Source: Strigamia acuminata (lineage: Eukaryota). From it: DNA of 64,000 bases. The number at the start of each line of letters is the position of its first letter. Within the stretch, counting starts at the first letter, position 1. The notes under the pieces are model-generated. The model saw only the letters and a program-made list of their open reading frames with translations. It was not told the origin of the DNA and searched no databases. Location of the stretch: the NCBI GenBank assembly GCA_949358305.1, contig OX442314.1:16740001-16804000 (forward strand). Direction: 5' to 3'. Shown here in pieces: positions 27,776-38,828 of this stretch. Position numbers and translations under genes: made by a program.

Positions 27776-27982
27776 TAGTTCTTATCTTTGACACTAGACC
27801 TCACACTTTAGCATATCCCATTTTAAATCGATAATAGCAAAGAGTTAAGAGGCAACAGCAACAGCACGTGAACGGGACTCATAGTAGCTGCCAACCAATC
27901 AACCGGTTAACATAAATTATTATTTTGAAATCCACTAAAGAGCAACAGAATACAAATGATTTGCTTTAACCACAAGGTAAGT
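27776..27982 (+). promoter_or_regulatory. Putative promoter and non-coding first exon of sGC beta copy 2
   Basis: Paralogous to 15195-15381. Donor AAG|GTAAGTC at 27976/27977 and acceptor GTGCAG at ~31258. Confidence 0.55.
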
Positions 27983-28410
27983 CGACATTCGATATTCGCT
28001 GCAAACTAACTTTTTTCTACTTCACAACTTCATTTTTCGATAAATGAACATTTTGATTTAACTACATTGATTAAATCTGCAAGTAAAATCTACGATATAT
28101 AATTGCATTTTCTGACACATGGAAAGTAGTTTTTGAATAATCTTTAAGCTTACGTCCCACTTTTCATTTCCTTCCGCTTACCAAACTTTTGAGTTCCTCA
28201 GGTGTTTTTACGCTTTGTCACCAAAAAATTAGATGATAAATATTTATGGTAAAAAGAATGCATTTTTGATTATTTTATCAAAGTTTGGATTTTCACATTT
28301 ACGTTCCATCCAAGTTCCATGCATACTCCATTCTATATCCAAGCAGCAATATTTATGACAGCAAAATGCCCAAAGGAAAAAAAATTTTTTTAACCAAACT
28401 CGGATGACAG

Positions 28411-28637
28411 ATCAACACAAAACGTGGACCATTTGAAGGCAAGCTTGTCTTCATTCCAAGGATTCCATTGGTTCCAACTGATTTGCCGTTTTCATTCAAA
28501 CGATTACAATTCCCTTTTCGGCTTGCATTTGCATTCACTATTAATAAATCGCAGGGACATTCACTTAAAGTAACATGCTTCATTTGACAGACGAATGCTT
28601 CTCACATGGACAGCTGTATGTTGGAATGTCAAGAGTA
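28411..28637 (+). pseudogene. Helitron PIF1-type helicase remnant
   Basis: Reads [48 protein letters not shown], then a frameshift, then ECFSHGQLYVGMSRV (helicase motifs V-VI). Confidence 0.9.
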
Positions 28638-28663
28638 AATGGCGGTTTTCAGGGATGCTTGGA

Positions 28664-29088
28664 GGCATAAGGCTATACGGATTTATGGACAAGCTCTTTC
28701 TTGAATAGGAAAATTTTTTTTCCTATCCATTTTTTTTGCTGAAAATTTGCAATTTTGTTTATATCATAGTAAATCTTAACTCGGGTGAAATTTTAAGTCA
28801 TTGGTCATTTATTTAATTAGTTATGCTAAATGCAAATTTTCTGCCCCTTAAACTCTAGCAAAACTATTATGCTGGCTTTGCTGCCTAAGAAACAGCGTTT
28901 CAGTTAACAGCTTTTCGCATACACCAGTAGTGTTTAAACCAACCACTAGTTGGTAAAAAAAATATAATTTTTCACTGTTCATAACTACGCCTTCTATAAA
29001 ATAAGTTGTGAACTTCAAAAATCGAAACGGCGCTTTAACTACCGTAATTGACCTGAAAACTGTCCATAAATCCGTAGTGCCTTATACC
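28664..29088. mobile_element. Unclassified TIR element
   Basis: GGCATAAGGC..TACGGATTTATGGACA ... TGTCCATAAATCCGTAGTGCCTTATACC. No clear TSD. Confidence 0.6.
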
Positions 29089-31283
29089 AGAACGGCACAT
29101 GTACCAAGCTCAGTATACTTTAATTCTTGTTTACAGTTAATTTAATTTTAATTTCTTCTTATTTAATTTTTCGCCTTTATCAATTTCGGACTTTCTCATT
29201 TCAACCTGAATGTCACTTCGTTCAAAATTAATTTCTGGAATTTCATTAATTTCTTAAATTTCACGAATATGGAGTTTTGACTCACTTCATTTCCGTCTTT
29301 GTACGCCACCCAATTGTTGAGCTTAGCTTAGTATATATATATATAGTCAGATTTGTCTGCTGAAGATAAATACAACTGAAGTTCCCTTGAAAAAAATCAA
29401 TATCCAATCTGACCCTTGACAAATGTAATCTTTCAGTTCCAAATTGCAGATACAAAATTATGGTAAACCACTTGTCCAGCAAACGGGAGATTTGGGTTCA
29501 ACTCCTGACTGTAGACTTCATGGAGTCTGAGTCAATTGGTTTTTTAAACCACAAATTTGAAAGCAGGAGGTAGACCATAAACTTTCTCCAAATACAAATG
29601 ATGTTTCCTGCATTGAAATATCATCTAAAGTTTCATATTTCAAATTGCTGCTCTTGGCCACGGGTACTAGTCGAGGGCGGCTCTTTGTCGAGGAAAAACT
29701 GCATGTTTTTGTTATCAATTGATTGTAATATTGTGTACTCCACAAATAAACAACAGGTGCATTCAAAGTTTCTGTTTGTGTTAATATTAGTGTTTGCAAA
29801 AACAAAAACAGCCGTAAACTAACATCAAAACGACGTAAACAGAAACTTTTAATGCAGCTAATGTTGTAATGAGTTACGGAGTATTTCTCAATTTTTGCAT
29901 GGTGTGGCAAATTGCACTCATTCACCAGATTTTGATTTCACCTCATTGAAAAATAGGTTGCCCACCTCATGTCTAAGTTTTTATTTTCCATAATCCTAAT
30001 GCCTTTCATTTTGTATCACCATAACTTCAGCAATAAGCATTCTTTCCAGTGATAATTACAGTGATACATCTCTAATTTTTGGCCTTCAATTTATTTATTT
30101 CTGGTTTCTCCGCAATTTTGAAGTAGCAGTTCTGTTTGAATTGAGTTTTATTAGATTTACTTTTATTTACGGTATTATAACTCGTGAGCCGGACTTATCC
30201 CATTTGCAACAACCAAGAAATTATTACAGACTATTTCCGATTCACCGATTTATCTTCAGTTATTAAATTTCAAATTGTATTATTCTCAAACAACTGGTCT
30301 GTGACACTAGTAATTTACTTAAAAGCAAAAATTTCTTTCTAGAATGGTAATTGGATCTTATGTTTACCGACCGGTTCATGCATTTGTTAAATTAAAATTA
30401 ACATTTGATGCATAAAATTCGTCTGATCATACAAATTTGTACAGAAGCTCTTACGTTTATACGATCAGCCGCATATTTGTGACGAAAATTGAACACATCA
30501 AACCATATTAGCGATTTCAAACACCAATTCTGTTTTAATTTAATACAAATAATTTATGTCGCCGTTTTGTTCACAATAGAAAATTGCGTTAGTAATTGCA
30601 TTAAAATTACTTGAACTTCCAATTCACTTTTACCACTAACTTATTTAGACCCCAGCTTACCGCTAAGTGTCTCTTTACACAGTCCTGAAATGCTGACTTG
30701 CTTATAAATTCCTCCCTATTCATGCAAGAGAATCAAACTTTTTATGAAAGTACATTTAAACATTTGAAGAAGCCAGTCACCTGATTTCGAAATATTCCTA
30801 TCATACATTAATTTGATTTCATACACTTATGATAAATTCAATTTACTTTTCTTTTACTATTTTTATAACTACTTGAATTGTTAGGTTTACAAAACATTAG
30901 TTAACTGCGGAACTGTAAATTTATGGTAAATGTATTATCCTTTATATGATAAACTTAAATTTACACAGAATTTTTAGTCACTTCGTTTTGTTTTCCAAAA
31001 ATCATTTGAATGTAAATTTCCTGTAAATACACTCAACCCAATAGATAGACATCAAAACATAACTTAAATTCTCTTATACATTTTTAGTTCAGGAATGCTA
31101 AATATTTCATTTAATAATAATCTTTTTAAATTTATGGTTCTGTAAATCCAATAGTTCAACCAGTGATAATGATACACTAATACTGTAGTGTGTGTGTATT
31201 GATAAAAAATATGTATTATAGCTTACCGATTGACGCTGTAGCAATTAATCACGTGCAGACATCAGTTCAAACACTTGAGTAAC

Positions 31284-34200
31284 ATGGTAATATATATTCA
31301 ACTCTGTAATAAATAAAAAAAAATGCATCAATAATTCCTAATTGAATTCGTAGTACGGGTTTGTGATTTATGCTCTGGAGTTACTTCTAGTACGAAAGTA
31401 TGGCCCTGATACCTGGGAAAAAATTAAGTAAGTAAAACTTACATATATAGAAAAGTAATAGAGGTTATTGATGTTGTGCTAAACTGTGTGAACACAAACT
31501 TAATTTTGCTTACAGTATTTTATGTTAGTCCTATTAATTATCAATTAAATTTGTATTCGCAAAGCGAAATTATGTCGGTTAAATTAGCAATATAGAAATT
31601 GTTTTAAATTCAAACAGAATGATTAATCATCTGCCATGCCTGACCACTAGATTATGTTTACATTTTATTTTAATTTTAATAAAACATTTCTCTTTACTTA
31701 ACATAGTTAATTGGTGATTTCCGTATAATTACGAGACCTCATCCTCGACCTCGACTTGTTGTTTCAATCTATACGTCGCAGCACACATGCCTTCATTTCA
31801 GACAAATTCTAAAATAAAATAACAACAAATTAGCTGAATAATTGAATCATCGATTCGAATCAAATAAATGGTTTTAGTGCTTTCTTTGTTCACCATGGAT
31901 CTCGCAGCCATTTTGTTTCACTCGTAGGCTTTTCGTGCGTCGATCTGCGCATGCTGTAATGATTATTTCCGGTGTAAAGAAAACGAAAATTTACAAATGA
32001 CTGCAAAAAAATAATCCCAATGATAATTGCCGACGAAAGATATAAAAACTTAATGTTTCCCTCATTTCAGGAAAGAAGCGGCAGTAATAATGGAAGGACA
32101 TTTCATACTGCGCCTAAATTACGACGATGAAATAATGTACAATCTAGTAGCGGCTGCTGCAGTTGTTTTACGTAATTAATAAAATCAAAATCTTTACCTT
32201 TCTTTTAATTCAGATTAATGCAAATGTAGAAATACCAGCCGAGGAGATATTGGAAATGTTTGGTGGCATGTTTTTTGAATTCTGCATGGAGACCGGTTAT
32301 TATAAACTTATGAAAGCATTGGGTGGAACTCCGAGAGATTTCCTACAGAATCTAGATGCACTTCACGACCACTTGAAGAGCATTTGTCCGGGAATGCGAG
32401 GGCCATCGTTTCGAGTCAGCGAAAGAGTCGAAGACGGTGCGCTAATTCTGCATTACTATTCAGAAAGAGAGGGGCTTGAGCCAATTGTGATCGGAATAGT
32501 TAAGGCGAGTACACTTAGTGCATCACAATTTACGTAAACTTCAACCAAAAATGCTAACCATTTATTTAATTTTTTTAGTCTGTTGCAGAACACTTACACA
32601 ATACTGAAATTGATATGAAAATTCTCCGGACTGAAGAAGCTACAGATCACACACAATTTGTGATAATAGAAAAGAATAAACAGGAGCAAACTTCCAGTTT
32701 TGAATATGAAGAATTCGATACTTTGCCTAAAGGTTTATTTTTATTTTTATTTTTTATTTGATTATTCTTTTTATTCTTCTTTTTCGCTTAATAGAATTGT
32801 GCATCAGTCCTGCTACATTTGGTCGAGCATTTCCCTTTCACATAATATTTGATCGTGATATGATCGTTTGTCAGGCTGGAATTTCCATTGCCCGCGTTTT
32901 GCCTCAATTAGTTGGAGGAAATTGCAACATTACAAATATCATGGACATGACTCGTCCTCGTCTGGCCTTCACATTTAAGAATATACTTTCTCATATCAAT
33001 ACAATTTACGCTTTAGTAACGAAGGAAGAGATTTCTGTTTCACATGTCGATAAAAATACATCCACACCATTGAAATTAAAAGCGAGTTAATTTTTAAAAA
33101 TATTTGCAATTTGCAATTTCGAATGACAAAATCTTTTAATTTAGGGGCAAATGTTGTTTGTGCAAGAAACAAATGTTATTTTGTTTCTTGGATCCCCCAG
33201 TGTTGTTAACTTGGAAGATCTCAACAAGTAAGTTTTTAATAAAAAAAAAAGTCTTCGTCCTTACTTTGAATGCAGAGACATCTATCTAGTAAACTTAAAA
33301 GCTGCAAATATCAAAATCAATAACCTTTTTTTTAGATGTGGGCTCTTTTTATCTGATATTCCTTTACACGATGCAACGAGAGATTTAGTTCAAAAATCCG
33401 AACAATTCGAAGCTGGCTATAAATTAGCACAAAATCTGGAGATCCTAACCGACGAATTGCAACAAACTTACAGAGATCTAGAAGATGAAAAAAAGAAAAC
33501 TGACAGGTTATAATACAAGTAGTACAAATTTAAATGGAATATCATTTTTTTAAATTCTTTACAGATTACTCTACTCCATTCTACCGGCAACTGTTGCCAA
33601 TGAACTCCGTCACAAACGACCAGTACCAGCGAAACGTTACGATGAAGTGACATTGTTATTCAGTGGAGTTGTTGGCTTTAGCGAATACTGTGCTCGGAAT
33701 TCGGATGCTCAAGGAGCCATGAAAATAGTTCAGTTACTTAACGACATATATACAACTTTTGATGTATTAACCGATCCCAAAAAAAATCCAAATGTCTATA
33801 AAGTAAGACAATACTAAAGCATGAATTGAATTGAATTTAAAAACGATATGCTTTCCTTTGAGGTTGAAACTATAGGTGATAAATATATGGCTGTCAGTGG
33901 ATTGCCCGAGCCTTGTGACTTTCACGCTAAATGCATCGCTAATTTAGCATTGGATATGATGAGTCTTTCGCATAAGATTAAAACTGTCGAAGGAGATTCA
34001 ATGGTAATTAGAATCAAAATATCTTGTAACCAATAGGTACCCAAAGTCGGGTTAATAATAAACTCCTAAGCATAAACTTAATGCGTTAATATAATATTTT
34101 AAATTGTTCAATAGCAAATCACTATTGGTATGCATTCTGGTGAAGTGGTGACGGGAGTAATAGGCCAACGAATGCCACGATACTGCCTGTTTGGAAACAC

Positions 34201-34936
34201 AGTGAACCTAACCAGTAGAACTGAAACAACTGGCCAAAAGGGAAGAATTAATGTATCAGATGAAGCTTACATGTAAATAAAACTGATATAATTACCAGTG
34301 TTGTATCAAACGTGAGCTATTAGTTCTTGTTCGTGAACGCGTTCACTTTTTAAAGTGAATGAAAATTGAGAACTTCGTTCACTTTTAATGGTGAACGTTG
34401 CAAAAACGTTAATTTTCGTTCGAAAAATCATAATTTTAAAGGTTTCGATGATGTTTTTATCATCAAAACGTTCATTTCCAATTGAAAAAAAGCTGTTTTC
34501 GTCATAAAGAGACATGAAAGCAACTGCTTTTTCTAAAAAAAAAAAAAAAAAAAAGTCGTTTTTTCCACCTGCAAAGCACAAAATGGAACAAAAAAGTATC
34601 AATTTTTAAAAAAAACAATTGAAAAGTGAACGTGAACTATTGGTTCAAATTCGTGAACTTGAACTAACTTGTAAGTTCACCTTGAAAAAAATTGCAGTGA
34701 ACGTGAACACGATGACGAACGTGAACTTGAACGCATTCACATTTAAGTGAACGAGACACAACACTAATAATTATAGTTGAGTTTATCCATATTCAACTTT
34801 ATCCATTTGTAGACATTTACAAGAGCCTCAGAATCATGATCCAACATTTAAATTTTCCTACCGTGGTGAAGTGACCATGAAAGGCAAGACAGAGCCGATG
34901 AAGGTTTGGTTTTTGGATAGAAAGCAACCGGAATAA
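31284..34936 (+). CDS. Soluble guanylate cyclase beta-1-type subunit, copy 2 (~602 aa, divergent H-NOX)
   Basis: Exons 31284-31286, 31354-31427, 32071-32171, 32230-32504 (GC donor), 32579-32732, 32795-33081 (GC donor), 33145-33227, 33336-33506, 33565-33802, 33863-34003, 34115-34272, 34813-34936. No stops or frameshifts. His105, YxSxR and the cyclase motifs are retained. Confidence 0.92.
34296..34766. mobile_element. hAT-like non-autonomous element in the last intron of sGC beta copy 2
   Basis: TIR CAGTGTTGT...ACAACACTA with an 8-bp TSD ATAATTAC/ATAATTAT. The empty site is visible in the copy 1 intron 21544-21604. Confidence 0.9.
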
Positions 34937-35855
34937 AAAAAATTGACACAAACTTCATATGATATTCGAGTATATTTCACCTCGCTGTATAGAGTAGCAT
35001 AATTCAATGTATAGGCTACAATGTATATCGTTCTGTACTTTAAAAGAAAGTAACATATTTAAAATACAATCTAATTACGCAAGACCTAACTTTATTTTTT
35101 CTAAAACAAACCGTAACATCTACAATGACAAAAACAAAACCATTTCATTCTGGAATGCGTTCTATTCATGTGCAACTTTTAAACTAAAGAAAAAAATGTT
35201 TAAAAATATGAACGAAAAATAATGAACGAAAAATAATGAACGAAAAATTAATTAAAAAAAAATAAAAATCACCTTCAACCCACTATTCAATATTTAAACA
35301 GCGCAAGCTTTTGCTGTGACTTCAATTTCATTACGCCTCACTGATAGAAAACATCCTTTCATCATTCAAGTTCAGCTGTTTTTGTCAAAATAATAACCAT
35401 GAATTAAATTTCTCACTCAACTTGTATCAAATGATCGTGCTACCTAGTCATAAACCCCCCAAAAAATTTAACATTTTAAATAATTGCAATAGTTTGTCGC
35501 AACAAATCACCACAAAGTCAGAGGAACCTTGGATACACTCACAAACGGAACATAAAAACATTACATTTAAATCATGTTGCGTGATGTGGAGTCAAGTCAG
35601 TAGTAAACAAACTGAGATTTAACAAATTGTTCGTATAAATTATGAAACGTGTGGCCAAAAGGAAACAGATTTAGCACAGATTCTAAAGTTTGCTCACGTC
35701 TTCGTTTTAGTAGTCGTCATTTTCGAACCGGTTGACTAGATCATTCCTCAAAAACCAGCTTGTTTCTTTGCAAAGACGATTTCCCACAACATGTGGAGTA
35801 AGATTTAATGCCAAAACTGTCCATTTCGTTGCCATGTTTATCCGTTATTTATGGA

Positions 35856-38828
35856 TTACCACTCCGCATCACCGGAAGCACGTTGAAATACAAAGTCCTT
35901 TCCTTGCAAATTCATGATCCCATCTTTCAAATGAAATTTCCACTTGTTTCTACTCCGCGTAATCTAAAATCCAACATCAACAATCACATAAAATCCAACA
36001 AAAACATAATCAAACCCAAACAACTGACTAACCTTATCATACTGGCATACAATAACGTTATCCGTGTCGAATAATTCCGACGGATCTTCATCGCTGACAT
36101 CATCCTCGGAGTTCAAAGGTTCCTAAACAATTTCCATTTAAACTCATTATTATATCATGCACCGCCTCGTATCCCCAATTACAAATTCCACCTCCTCTTC
36201 ACCGGCACCGTCGTTTTCTTCGTCATTGGCTTCATCGTCATTATCCATATCATCATCGTCTTTAAAATCATCGTCGTCGTCTTCATCGCTCGTGTCATCA
36301 GCCCCATCTAACTGAATGACACCGCCACTCTGCAACAACTAAAACTAATTAATTTCCTTTACTCCACAGGTTCAAATTCAAAACAACCAACATTTTGCAA
36401 CTGCACTTGCTGAACCTGAGATGTTGTTTGCGCACCAGGCGCCTGCGGTACATTTATTGTGTAGCCCTGTTTGGCCAATTGCTCAGTATTCACAGTTTGA
36501 TATTGTACCGTACCATCTCCTGTGGTGCAGGCATTTAACAATACATATGAACCATCTCGTTTGGCCATTATCCTGCCTAATTCTTTACCTGAATTAGGAT
36601 GCGCAATTAAATTTGCAGCATTTATCGTAGCGATACCAGGCTGTAATATGCCAGCTGTAATACCGTGTGGCAATGCCGAAGCAGCAGCAGCTGCCGACGC
36701 ACTCTAAAAACACAGATAATAAAAATATTGTATCATTTCAACGTCGCATTCAAATATCAGCGGACAACTTACCATGACTATTCCACCGCCTTGCTGCATG
36801 AGTGCAGTGGCAGGTAGGGATATAGTAACTGGCTTTTGAGATCCTGCTATAGTCTGTGGTAATGTAATGGTCACAGTTTTCGATCCATCAGGCTAGAAAT
36901 TAAACAAATGTTAGTTTTGTGGAATTTAAATCCAATTTAACTGGTGCCTCACCATTTCGCCTTGTGCATATTGGTATTGTAGAGTTGGTTGAACGATACT
37001 GCCAGCTGGTAATTGCTGCTGAACAGCGGTAGCTGGAAAATTGTTAATAAATCAATGTTAGGTTGAGTTGAATGCTTTACGTTGTGTTTGATTATACCAT
37101 ATTTATATTGAATTCCTCTTGCGGTTTTCACTGCGACTGGTGTGTTTCCAGCCGATGTCGTTTGTGGAGGTTGAGTTTGTATGGTGAAGGGTGTTGGCAT
37201 GATTCTTTCTTCTGCTTGAACGCCTTCTGGTGGAACAGCTTTAGATTGCAATAATTTGTTCTCCCAACACTGTAACGAAAGTTTCAAAATTACTTACGGT
37301 ATATTTTTATTAGAATAAAAAAATTAATATTTTTTTTATTATTGACATTCAGTATCATAGTGTTTGTCGAAATGTCATGATAGTATGTGGTGACAAATAC
37401 TGTACATTTAATCAAAACGTGCGAAACAACAACTGGTACGTGTTATTCTTATCCATAAAACAAATTAGATAAAATATATATATATATATACGGCATATAT
37501 TTATTTTTTAATATTATAGTATTAAATCCAATAAGATGTAAGATAACTTAATTTAATTTTTTACCTTCCCTCGAAAAAGTTAGCTATATTTTTAGCTATA
37601 TTTTTAGATACATTAAAATTAAAGTTTACGATCCTTCTGGATACGCACATGTGAAAACTGTATGCAAACTACTTGCTTACAAGCAAATTAAATACAAACA
37701 CTATTAGAAACTGCTTGTCATTTTATTTCCCTCATTTTAATCAGTAGACTGATTCGTTTTATCTTTAATTTGCTGATAATTTTAATGGTTTGAAAAAAAA
37801 TTGCCTAATTGATCCTATTAATTTGCTATTCACACAATTTAAAATTCATTCATTTTATTTCTAATCAATGAATTAGAATGGGACCATGACATACCAATAG
37901 TCTATAATTAAAGAAAAATTTAATCATTTTACTATTAAACTACAACTTTATTTTTTAATATTTATTATAGTCATTCAAAATTCAAATAATTTAAAATTGA
38001 CATCAGAAATTTTTATGTAGGCCTATTTTTATTTTTATTTTTTTATTTCTGCAATATCATCACTAAATTTAGCAAATTTTCCCATAAAACAAACAAAAAG
38101 GCAATTAAACATTTGCAAATGACAATATTGCTTCAATTTGTAACTAACAAATTTAAATATACTTTAAAATAAAAAATTAAAACGAGTTACAAACTTCAAA
38201 ACAATAGCGACTTTCGCAATGCAGTTTATCGTCTTGTCTTTCCGTAATTTCGAAATTTACCTGCTTTAATTCCTGCAATATATGTTCATCTAAACTTTCG
38301 TCCAGAAAGACTTCACGCACGTTGTTTATGACATCGTCGATGACACTTTTGTACAGTTGCGACTGCAATTATAAATTGGAAAATTCCGATTTATTAATGT
38401 TTTTTATTTCGGTATATATTGTCTTAAAATTTAGCAATACAGTTCATATTTCTGCAAATAAATAAGAATTCCCAAAACTTTTTTTTTGTTCGGCAAATTA
38501 TTATTTTTTCTTCTAACCATAAATAATGAACACCATTTTATAAATTAATTACGTCACTACATTTCGTAAATGTTAAGACAATGAAAATCAAAACTTGCAT
38601 GAATTTATTTATTCAATAGCACACACTGCATACATATTTTCATGTTTTATTTTCGCACTTTATTCGGAAATTGGTATTTTGGGAAACAAAAATGAACGTC
38701 AACTACGGCCACTGATCGCCATTTTCAATGTTGGTGCTTTAAAAATTGCGTTGAGATCTTTTCATTTTTCTTTCATTCTTAGTAAACAATTCAACATGAT
38801 ATTCGTGACTTACCACGCCGGACGACAT
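35856..38828 (-). CDS. GTF2A1: Transcription initiation factor IIA alpha/beta precursor (~378 aa)
   Basis: Exons 38814-38828, 38261-38362, 37098-37269 (donor uncertain), 36953-37032, 36773-36892, 36392-36703, 36192-36329, 36033-36122, 35856-35963. Motifs LYKSVIDDVINNVR..WENKL, QLDG cleavage site, acidic tract, VCQYDKITRSRNKWKFHLKDGIM..GDAEW*. Confidence 0.95.

Noticed and set aside
29455..29510. tRNA-like A/B boxes (TGGTAA...GGTTCAACTCC)
   Set aside because: No complete cloverleaf; at most a decayed SINE head.
32461..32504. Beta copy 2 as an O2-sensing atypical sGC or a homodimeric cyclase
   Set aside because: Position 145 is Ile, not Tyr, and the cyclase has LFSG without the first metal-binding Asp, so it still needs an alpha subunit.
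31284..34936. Beta copy 2 as an uncollapsed haplotype or a pseudogene
   Set aside because: The 5' half is too diverged to be an allele, and all 12 coding exons are open and in phase.
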